Shown: positions 29,654 through 37,401 of the stretch, in pieces
How positions within the stretch are numbered: the stretch's first letter is position 1
Layout of the letters: each line of letters starts with the position of its first letter
Assembly: GCA_949447165.1 (NCBI GenBank)
Contig: CASTAV010000003.1
Span: 1-49,415, forward strand
Direction of reading: 5' to 3'
Source of the DNA: an uncultured Lachnospiraceae bacterium
Lineage (GTDB): Bacteria; Bacillota; Clostridia; Lachnospirales; Lachnospiraceae
DNA: 49,415 bases
Made by a program: the position numbers and the translations under genes
The notes under the pieces: generated by a model
What the model saw: the letters and a program-made list of their open reading frames with translations, nothing else
Databases searched by the model: none
What the model was told of the DNA's origin: nothing

Positions 29654-32326
29654 CTAACTGCCCCTATATTGATAACAGATAAAACTCCCCCAATGTTTCG
29701 GCGAACGGTAAAGTAAAAAGTCGTCCCAAAGCCCTTCCATGTAAGAAAAAACATCTTCTTGTATGTTCTCAAAAAACTTTTGATCGGATGTAAGCCTCTC
29801 TTTTACCTGTCCCACTGTTGTGTCCCTCAGTTTTTTTCTCGCAGACTGAAGCGCTGCCGGAATCAAATCCCCCTGATTTAATCTTTCATAAAAATAAAAC
29901 ATAAAAAGCGCCGCCGCTAAATCATCTACTTCCCACAAAGCAGAGACGACATAATGAACTCCCGCAGCGCCAAACGCCACATGAAGCCCTGTCTGCCATT
30001 CAAATTTCGTAAACAGGCTGCTGCCGGAATGACAGGCAGACAAAACCGCTAACTTTGTCCCCGTCAACTGCATTCTGCTTATTTCTTCCGCTGTTAATAT
30101 CCCGTCCCCATATTCAAAAGATTCTTTTCCTGTTTGTAAATAATCTAGCATTCCGGAAAATGCGAGCGAACTTTCATACCATGGATTCTCCTTCTCCTGC
30201 ATATGTATCCCATGGGTGGCAATATGTAAAAAACGGTATCCGGGTTTTAACCGGCGTTTGGAAACTGCCCTCCCGACATAGCATTCACCACCGAAAAAAT
30301 CCGCTATTTTTTCTGCCTCATAACCACTGAACGGAAGCGGCGAAATTTCCTGAATATAGCGGAGCGATGCATTCTGCCCTGTCAGATTTCTATTTTCTGA
30401 CAGGCAAAACGCAGGATTTCCTATGATACAAGATTTCTTCATTGAAGGATTCCCTTCTTGCCAAACTTCAAAAATATCCCGGAAAGATTGAAAATAAACG
30501 ACTGGAATCCCAAAATATCCGCTATCCGCAGCTTCAAACAAAACTTCAAACGGAAGATTGCAAAGACATTGATCCGGAGACGCCCAGATTTGCCCGGCAT
30601 CTTTTAATTCCGTCTCTAATTCTCCGAATATATGGCAAAATAGTTCCCTTGCAAATTTTTTGCAGTTCCCTTTCGCATCCCTGACGCATTGAAGAAACCT
30701 CTGTATGCCTTCTTCCAAGTCAAAGATTTTTTCGATTCTCCGGCAGACAGGCGCTTTTCCTTTTCTTTTTACAAATATTTCCAGACATACATCTTTTTTC
30801 GTAGCCGAAACGGCATTCCCAGACCAAACCGCCTCCCGATCCATATATAAAAACTCTACTAAAACGGCATGTTCTGGCATTTGTTCTTCTAACTTTTGGT
30901 ATGAATAATACGGAATCTCCCCTTTTCGTTTCACCCTGCGGGCTGCGCCAGAGCATCGATTTCTGGCGCGCAGTACAGAACAAAGGATATTTTTATAATT
31001 TATACTATATTCCAGCCTTTTTTCAGAAGACGTGACGTCCATCACAGCCGCATACGCCAAATGAAACGCCGCCTTGCAAATGGTTAAATACTGTTCCATC
31101 TGCGCGTTGTCCTCGTAATACTCCGCCATGGAATAAAACTCAGCCATCTTTTCCAATAAACTGCCCGCGCACCAAAGCAGTTTTTTTTCGTCCGCATTCT
31201 TCTTATACTCGCATATAGCCCTTCCCATAATAGAAAAATATGCTTGCCTGTCCACCTCAAAAATCTCCGCTTTCATAAGCGTAAGAATGCTTTTATCCAG
31301 ATAATGCATCGGATACCGGCCTCCAAGCGCCTTTTCAAAATAATAGCAAAACTGATAAAAACTGCTGCGCGCCCATGGCGCGTAGCTCAAAAACTCCCTG
31401 TCCTGATTTATTTGCTTTTTTACTTTTTCAATTTCCCTAATCTGCTTTTTAGGAATCTTTTGGTTCTTTTGATCCATTTGCAATAAATAACTGCCATACA
31501 CATATAACATATAATCCTCTTTGCAAACGCGCCGGACAAACCCCGATTCCACGCATTTCCGGATAAACGCATATGCTTCGTCAGAGCGAAGCATCGTTTC
31601 CAACAAAACGGCATAATCCGCCACAAGCCTTTGTATATCCAGCATAAATGGACGTATTGCTTCTTTTGCGGCAAGCTTATCCAACAGAAAACGGCAAACT
31701 GTCTCTGCCTGAACAGCTTTACGGGAAAACACATACTGATGCGCCAGATGGACAAGCGCGCAAAACGCATATTGTGACAGAGGTTCTTGCCTATCCAAAT
31801 GCAGAAATACTTTTTCAAGGCTAGCTTCCGCAAGTGACGTTTTTCCCGTTTTTGCATAAAAAACGCCAAGCGCCCCATATACAAAAGCATACAGATCTTC
31901 CCCGTCTAACTCATCCCGCCGTTCCCGTTCCACAAACTCCGCCAATTCGTTCGCCAGACCTTCATAACCGGAAAACGATTCCTGCCTCCCATACTGTTTT
32001 TGGAGTATATGTGCCAAACCTCTGATATACATCTCTTTTATAAGAGAAAATGGCAGTTCCACAGATTCTTTTGCCTGCGCCAAATGCCGGCTTAACGCAT
32101 TGCAGAGAAAATCCATATCCGCTTTTTTATCATATAGCAGATGTAAAATTAACGTATTATATTCCACAATCCAGTCTTTATACGCCTGTGAACCCAAAAA
32201 AGCCGTTTGTCTGGCTTTTTTTAAGCATCGGAACGCTTTTTTTATGTTTCCTTTCCGCTCTGCTTTTGCCGTGGCATCAAGCCAACGGAAGAATTCATTT
32301 CTGTCAGTTTCCATCTGCATCCTCAA
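29654..32326 (-). CDS. TPR-like helical repeat protein with C-terminal CHAT (caspase-like) protease domain
   Basis: 890 aa. The C-terminal ~250 aa carry the CHAT His/Cys dyad blocks FLHIATHG and LAVLSACHSG, and the segment FGAAGVHYVVSALWEVDDLAAALFMFYFYERL matches the CHAT consensus closely. The N-terminal ~600 aa are all-helical repeats. Confidence 0.8.
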   Translation of the reverse strand: MRMQMETDRNEFFRWLDATAKAERKGNIKKAFRCLKKARQTAFLGSQAYKDWIVEYNTLILHLLYDKKADMDFLCNALSRHLAQAKESVELPFSLIKEMYIRGLAHILQKQYGRQESFSGYEGLANELAEFVERERRDELDGEDLYAFVYGALGVFYAKTGKTSLAEASLEKVFLHLDRQEPLSQYAFCALVHLAHQYVFSRKAVQAETVCRFLLDKLAAKEAIRPFMLDIQRLVADYAVLLETMLRSDEAYAFIRKCVESGFVRRVCKEDYMLYVYGSYLLQMDQKNQKIPKKQIREIEKVKKQINQDREFLSYAPWARSSFYQFCYYFEKALGGRYPMHYLDKSILTLMKAEIFEVDRQAYFSIMGRAICEYKKNADEKKLLWCAGSLLEKMAEFYSMAEYYEDNAQMEQYLTICKAAFHLAYAAVMDVTSSEKRLEYSINYKNILCSVLRARNRCSGAARRVKRKGEIPYYSYQKLEEQMPEHAVLVEFLYMDREAVWSGNAVSATKKDVCLEIFVKRKGKAPVCRRIEKIFDLEEGIQRFLQCVRDAKGNCKKFARELFCHIFGELETELKDAGQIWASPDQCLCNLPFEVLFEAADSGYFGIPVVYFQSFRDIFEVWQEGNPSMKKSCIIGNPAFCLSENRNLTGQNASLRYIQEISPLPFSGYEAEKIADFFGGECYVGRAVSKRRLKPGYRFLHIATHGIHMQEKENPWYESSLAFSGMLDYLQTGKESFEYGDGILTAEEISRMQLTGTKLAVLSACHSGSSLFTKFEWQTGLHVAFGAAGVHYVVSALWEVDDLAAALFMFYFYERLNQGDLIPAALQSARKKLRDTTVGQVKERLTSDQKFFENIQEDVFSYMEGLWDDFLLYRSPKHWGSFICYQYRGS

Positions 32327-32885
32327 TAATTTCTATCACAGTTTCCCCATGAAATTCTTCCGTATTTAGGATAACCTGATAACAGTCTTTGTCCGCATGG
32401 TAAACAAAATCATACGTTTTTTCACCATGATCCGTCTGAACCCTGACAACGAAAGCGCCAGCGGAAAATTCCTCTGCATCAAACTGAATCACAACTTGTG
32501 TTTGACTGCATTCTATGAAAGAATACTCGCCCTTTCTGCTGATAAATGTTTCTGTCTGCATTTTTTTGCCGCCGCTTCTGGATGCGGCAGGCATTGGCAG
32601 GCGGACAAATTCCCAGTTTGAATGAAACGTTTCCTTTTTTTGCTGTATCATTTCATAGATTCCCGCCGCTGCTTTTAGGGCAAAAACAACTCTCTTTTCT
32701 GATTCCGGCGGCAGTAAACCATGCGCAGATAATTGTTTTTGCAACACATACTGCGCGCAGAATATCTCATAACAGCGGTCACAATCCGCCATATGTTTTT
32801 TTAACTCTAACTGCCTGTCATTTAAACGTTCCTCTTTTACATAAGCTTCTGAAAGATTCCTAAGATCCTCCTCTGATATGTGCAT
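32304..32885 (-). CDS. zinc-finger (zf-HC2) anti-sigma factor
   Basis: 193 aa with the N-terminal zf-HC2 signature H-x3-C-x2-C (LELKKHMADCDRCYEIF). It sits immediately downstream of a sigma-70-like gene, with a 1-nt spacing. Confidence 0.6.
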   Translation of the reverse strand: MHISEEDLRNLSEAYVKEERLNDRQLELKKHMADCDRCYEIFCAQYVLQKQLSAHGLLPPESEKRVVFALKAAAGIYEMIQQKKETFHSNWEFVRLPMPAASRSGGKKMQTETFISRKGEYSFIECSQTQVVIQFDAEEFSAGAFVVRVQTDHGEKTYDFVYHADKDCYQVILNTEEFHGETVIEIIEDADGN

Positions 32886-33899
32886 TTAACCCTCCCGCCT
32901 GCAAAAGATATCCTCTGCTATGCCAATGCTTTTTTTACGGAATATATTATCCGCTAAAGCAAGTTTTTCTGTTTCATTTTTCAGGTTTTTTGCTATCCGA
33001 AGCGGCCAATTTTTCATTGCGTTTTTGGAAAATGTATCTGTGATGACAAGCTGTTTGACCGGACTGCCCTTATATTCTTTTTCCATATTTTCCTCATAAG
33101 CCCTTCCCCACCGGAATTGACTTTCGCTAAGCGGCTCTAAATGGTAAATTTCCAAAAACTCCCGGTTTAACAGTTCCGACGTCTGCCGATACATTGCGGA
33201 TATGGCAAAGTTCATCAGTATCACGCTGTTTCTAGTGATTTCTCCTTCAAGCCTGCCTGTTTTTTCATTGTAACGCGAAGCATCCCCATCTGTTTTCCTT
33301 GCGCCAATTACGTTTAATTTTTTCAACAGTTCTTTGTTGTCAGTTCGTTTTATTAGCTGTGGAACCAAAATAGCATAACAGTAGGTAAGCGTCTGATAAG
33401 GCGGGGCTTTCGTCTCTTTCAGCGCTTTTACATAAAACTCAAATATGCGGCGTATCACGGATAACCGTTCCTGTTCGATATAAGCGCTTTCCATCTGTTC
33501 CGATTCACCGCCTGTTTCGAATATACCGTTTTCCGGCTCTTTCGGTATAAATTCCTTTTTTGCAAAATGCCTCTTTCTGTAATTTTGGCAGCATATTTCC
33601 GCCAACCCGATCAAATACCCATAAAACCCTTCTGACGTCACTTTTTCAGGAAACCCGCGAAACGCCAGCTTCATCACTTCCATCCGGATTTCCTGCATCA
33701 CATCATCTAACGCTTCCGGCTGGCATATGCCATATGCGCGAAGCCTTTTTGCCGCCATTTCATAGGTATTGTCGCTTAAAATCTGAAGCGCTTTTTCCAA
33801 TGCGGATTTATCATTCCGCATTATCGGATCATATAAACGGCTTATGGCGCGCCCGGCATCCTCTCCTTCATAAAGCGCCTGATTATTTTCCTTTTCCAT
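32886..33899 (-). CDS. sigma-70 family (ECF-like region-2 N-terminus) sigma factor-like protein with extended C-terminal region
   Basis: 337 aa. A region-2-like segment ALDDVMQEIRMEVMKLAFRG...FYGYLIGLAEICCQNYRKR is present. It is paired with the downstream zf-HC2 anti-sigma factor. The length is atypical for an ECF sigma. Confidence 0.4.
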   Translation of the reverse strand: MEKENNQALYEGEDAGRAISRLYDPIMRNDKSALEKALQILSDNTYEMAAKRLRAYGICQPEALDDVMQEIRMEVMKLAFRGFPEKVTSEGFYGYLIGLAEICCQNYRKRHFAKKEFIPKEPENGIFETGGESEQMESAYIEQERLSVIRRIFEFYVKALKETKAPPYQTLTYCYAILVPQLIKRTDNKELLKKLNVIGARKTDGDASRYNEKTGRLEGEITRNSVILMNFAISAMYRQTSELLNREFLEIYHLEPLSESQFRWGRAYEENMEKEYKGSPVKQLVITDTFSKNAMKNWPLRIAKNLKNETEKLALADNIFRKKSIGIAEDIFCRREG

Positions 33900-33900
33900 A

Positions 33901-34494
33901 TTATTCTCCCGAAATTAATGCTGAAAACTCAATGATATGGTCTGCAAACCCAAATACGACCGCTTCTTTTGCCCTAAAAAAATGATCATATCCGGTTGCC
34001 AGTTCAATTTCTTCTTCTGTCCTTCCCGTATGTTTCGATAGAATTTGTATCAGCCGTCTCTTTGTCTCTAAAATCATTTCCGAAACTGAGCAAATCGTGG
34101 AACTGCTTCCTTGCACCGGATTCCCTAAAAGCGGTTCGTGCGCCATCAATTCACTGTTTGCAAGCATATAGCGGTTTCCTTTTGGGGCGGCGGCAAAAAT
34201 AACTGCGCCCATACTGTACGCTTTTCCCAGACAATACATTTTTAGCGGAGTCTGGCAAGTGGCAACTGCATCGTAAATGAGCAGTCCACTGTTTATTTCC
34301 CCTCCCCGCGTGTTTATCATAATCCGGATTGGAAGATATTTGTCTTCCACAGTTAAAACCATTAATTTTTTGATAAACTCCATTGCCGCCGCATCGTCAA
34401 TTTCCCCTTCTAAAAAAATAGTCCGCTCTCCAAACAAACAAGTTTCTAAAGGAACCAGCGAAATGCCGTTACTGCTTTTCTTCTGCATATCCAT
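33901..34494 (-). CDS. ClpP-family serine protease (catalytic triad intact)
   Basis: 197 aa. ERTIFLEGEIDDAAA, INTRGGEINSGLLIYDAV, GKAYSMGAVIFAAAPKGNRYMLANSELMAHEPL and a downstream YDHFF segment are present. These align with E. coli ClpP blocks including S97 (GQAASMG), H122 (MIHQP) and D171. Confidence 0.7.
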   Translation of the reverse strand: MDMQKKSSNGISLVPLETCLFGERTIFLEGEIDDAAAMEFIKKLMVLTVEDKYLPIRIMINTRGGEINSGLLIYDAVATCQTPLKMYCLGKAYSMGAVIFAAAPKGNRYMLANSELMAHEPLLGNPVQGSSSTICSVSEMILETKRRLIQILSKHTGRTEEEIELATGYDHFFRAKEAVVFGFADHIIEFSALISGE

Positions 34495-35785
34495 ATCTAT
34501 AACCCCCTGCTTTTATATATTGGTTTATTTGCTTTTGCATTTTTGATTCCTGATCCATCTGTAAAAGTTTTTGATACTCTCTGTCCTTTAATGTTTCATA
34601 GCGCTGTGTCACAATCGGCTTTTGCCCGCGCCGAAAAATATACTCCTGCCCGATTGGCATGGAAAGCACGTCTTCTAGCGGCTGGTTTAACCGCTGGCTG
34701 ATGGATTTTGCCGTTTGTATGTCAACTCCGCCCATATAAATATAAGTGTCGGAATTGTTGATGATAGTCTTTGCATCTTTTTCCCCATATATGGAATCCA
34801 ACTGGCTTTCGCTTTGGAGAAGCAAGGTGACGGAGATCCCTTTTTCCCTGAATATTGAAATGTATTCAGCAAAATTCGCGATTTTTGATCCACAGGCAAA
34901 ATCGTCGCACAGCACATGCACTGGGCGGTTTAACTGGCCAGATTCATTTTTTTCTCCGATTTCAAATAATTCTTTAAACATCTGGCTGTAAAAAATATTT
35001 ACAAAACTGTTTAGCGATGGGTTCACCGGAGAAGTTGTGACAAATAAAAGGGTTTTTTCATCGGATATTTTTTTAAAATCCACCTTTTCCGCTTTTTGCA
35101 TCATTCCACAGAGTTGTGGGGTAAAAATCGTGTTTAAAGCTACGGAAAGCGTAGAATAAATACAACTGGAAGTGCGGACAGGCATCTGATGGAAAGAATC
35201 CCAACAGCAAATAGCAAAACAATGCGGATCAGCCTGCCGGATCACCTCAAAATCTTCATCAAGTGAAGTTTCTATCAGATCACTGCCTTTTATAATGCGT
35301 AAATCTTTAAACAGGGATATTACATCTGCCATAGTTCCGTGTTCTTTTGTCATCAGCACATGGGCGATCAGCGCTGACAACAGGCTTATGCTCGCATGAT
35401 CCCAATATGGGTCTGAACTTGAATTTTTTTTCCTGCTGTCTGCCATAACGATTGCTTCCGCAAGATAAGTAACGTCTGTCCAGCTCTTAAGATATTGAAG
35501 CGGATCATAGGAAATTTCCGATTTTTCTGGAGAAACAAAGTTCAGATCTAGGACTTTATAGCCCCTTGTCTGAAAAAGTTTTATGTATTTTGCAATCAGC
35601 CTGCGTTTGGACAAAGTCATAATCAGACTGGAATGATAAGTATGCAGCAGCCTTGGCTCTGAAATAGACATCGTCTTTCCTGAGCCACTGCTTCCACAAA
35701 CAAGGACATTGTTATTAATCTTCGTTTCCCTGCAGTCTGCGCTAAATACTGCATTTTTCCCTAAAACAACAGTATCTTTTCTCAT
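34469..35785 (-). CDS. soluble TraG/TraD/VirD4-family (type IV coupling protein-like) P-loop ATPase
   Basis: The start is the MRKDTVVLGKN methionine (ATG 35783-35785), with a GGGAGG RBS 7 nt upstream. It overlaps the upstream gene's stop as ATGA. Walker A VLVCGSSGSGKTMS is present. The C-terminal T4CP block VLCDDFACGSKIANFAEYISIFREKGISVTLLLQSESQLDSIYGEKDAKTIINNSDTYIYMGGVDIQTAKSIS matches the TraG-D_C pattern (LDEF..lgkip.....RsrGi...lilQs.sQL...YG......i..n.......G..d..Ta). There is no N-terminal TM segment. Confidence 0.55.
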   Translation of the reverse strand: MRKDTVVLGKNAVFSADCRETKINNNVLVCGSSGSGKTMSISEPRLLHTYHSSLIMTLSKRRLIAKYIKLFQTRGYKVLDLNFVSPEKSEISYDPLQYLKSWTDVTYLAEAIVMADSRKKNSSSDPYWDHASISLLSALIAHVLMTKEHGTMADVISLFKDLRIIKGSDLIETSLDEDFEVIRQADPHCFAICCWDSFHQMPVRTSSCIYSTLSVALNTIFTPQLCGMMQKAEKVDFKKISDEKTLLFVTTSPVNPSLNSFVNIFYSQMFKELFEIGEKNESGQLNRPVHVLCDDFACGSKIANFAEYISIFREKGISVTLLLQSESQLDSIYGEKDAKTIINNSDTYIYMGGVDIQTAKSISQRLNQPLEDVLSMPIGQEYIFRRGQKPIVTQRYETLKDREYQKLLQMDQESKMQKQINQYIKAGGYRYGYAEEKQ

Positions 35786-36297
35786 AACGGCGCCTCCCAG
35801 AACGGATTTAAACGAATTTGGCTCAGTTTTAGACTGGTTTTTGATCCGACCGCTCCTTGTTTTAGAATGTTCTGTACACATTCTGCATAATTCATGGTAA
35901 TATTTGTTGCAAAACGGAACACAGACTGCAAATTTTCTATAAAACCATTTACGCTTTCCCTTCCTTTCGGCTGGTACAGCATCATCTGGTATTCTGCCAC
36001 CAAATCATTCTCGTTTGTCATATAAATGCGCATGTACAGCCATTCATTCTGCAAATCGTTTATCAATTTATAAATTTCCCTATGACGGTTCTCTGGAATC
36101 CCTTCTGCAAGACATGTGACAATCCGGATAATTTTACTTTTCTCACTTACGGATACATTCATCTTTAGGGAATGGCAGGGGTTGCCATAAGATAAACTAT
36201 ATTTGATAAATCCTTCTTTGTCGCGCTCCTCTGTGTTCGATACTTTCCCAAATTGGTTTAATACTTGTTTTACAATTTCCTGATAAGCGGCTGCCAT
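35782..36297 (-). CDS. first gene of the operon; possible YbjN-family (T3SS-chaperone-like fold) protein
   Basis: 171-aa acidic protein with an AGGAGG RBS 7 nt upstream. The family assignment is weak, from the pattern only. Confidence 0.3.
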   Translation of the reverse strand: MAAAYQEIVKQVLNQFGKVSNTEERDKEGFIKYSLSYGNPCHSLKMNVSVSEKSKIIRIVTCLAEGIPENRHREIYKLINDLQNEWLYMRIYMTNENDLVAEYQMMLYQPKGRESVNGFIENLQSVFRFATNITMNYAECVQNILKQGAVGSKTSLKLSQIRLNPFWEAPL

Positions 36298-36378
36298 AAG
36301 CTTTCCTCCTTTTTACATTCTCATAGACTATATGGCGGCTTACCAAACATTTACTCAAATTTTATTAAATTTTCCCTT

Positions 36379-36522
36379 CCGTCTTTTTGCTTTTCTTTCG
36401 CTGTCTTTTTTATTTTTCTTTCTCTATCTTTTTTGTTTTTCTTTCGCTGTCCTTTTGCTTTTCTTTCGCTGTCTTTTTACTTTTCTTTCGCTGTCTTTTT
36501 ACTCTTTTCGCTTTTTATGACT
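36379..36522. repeat. six imperfect tandem copies of a ~22-bp unit (gtctttttgcttttctttcgct) in the intergenic region upstream of the vault-like operon
   Basis: Direct reading: gtctttttgcttttctttcgct / gtcttttttatttttctttctcta / tcttttttgtttttctttcgct / gtccttttgcttttctttcgct / gtctttttacttttctttcgct / gtctttttactcttttcgct. Confidence 0.7.
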
Positions 36523-36540
36523 TATTTTTATGCGATTCCA

Positions 36541-37401
36541 TTAAAATTTCTTTTTTATTGTTTTCTTTTTATATCCCGATTTTTTAATCTGCGCTTTGAC
36601 CGTAATGCCTTTTAGCTTCTTTCTAAACTTAATTTTTGCATTTCCTTTTTTGTCTGCTTTTACAGTTTTAGAAGATTTCCCAAGGAACGATTTCTTTGCC
36701 CTGACTTTAACTCTTGCGTTTGGAACTGTTGTTATTTTTAACGTTTTTCCCTTTTTTGAAATTTTTGCCATTACCACCTGCACTTGATAGGTCGCTTTTA
36801 GTTTCCCAATTACAGCTTTAATTGTCACAGAGCCTTCCTTTAATCCTTTTATCTGCCCGGAAGGGGATACGGACGCCACTTTAGGGTTAGAACTGCTGTA
36901 AATTGGCTTTAAGCTTGTAATTTTTCCAAGGGAACCCATAACGGAAGCTTTCTGCGTCAAGGTATGCCCGGCTACCAGCGTTTTTTTCTTTTTTGAAAAT
37001 GTAATTGATTTTGGCTGGTTGGATACAACGGTCACTTTATAAGAAGCGGATAATTTTCCAGTTTTTGCAGTAATTACCGCCACTCCCGGCGCAATTCCTA
37101 ACACTGCGCCCGATGCGGATACAGACGCTGCTTTGGGATTGGAACTGCTGTATGACGGTTTTATATCATTGCGTACCCCCGCATCGTCTTTGACTACCGC
37201 TTTTTGCGTCATAGATTCCCCTGCCATAATTGTAACGCTTGATTTTAAAAATGAAATCTCTTTTGGCTTATGTGACACTGCGATATTAACTGTAGCTCGC
37301 CTGCCGCTTGTCGTCTTCGCAATAATGGTAACACTTCCCACTCCTTTTGCCGTTACCTCCCCAATGCTGTTCACCTCCGCAATGCCAGTATTGGAACTTT
37401 C
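36541..37401 (-). pseudogene. in-frame continuation of the LRR protein past the TAG: two to three Big_2 domains + Lys-rich C-terminal tail (no start codon of its own; the ORF track begins at a GTG)
   Basis: It is in the same frame as the upstream ORF. Reading through the stop gives ...ANTTDAVI*ESSNTGIAEVNSIGEVTAKGVGSVTIIAKTTSGRRATVNIAV, which completes a Big_2 domain. Further Big_2 units follow (SSSNPKAASVSASGAVLGIAPGVAVITAK; SSSNPKVASVSPSGQIKGLKEGSVTIKAV), then a KKGKTLKI...KKKTIKKKF tail. Confidence 0.5.

Noticed and set aside
36379-36522. Possible CRISPR array
   Set aside because: The repeats are directly abutting with no unique spacers, and no cas genes are present. This is a simple tandem repeat.
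36265-36615. Plus-strand ORFs of 62-116 aa (FLSLSF repeats) across the intergenic tandem repeat
   Set aside because: They are a translation of the pyrimidine-rich ~22-bp tandem repeat with no RBS. The repeat is better explained as non-coding DNA.
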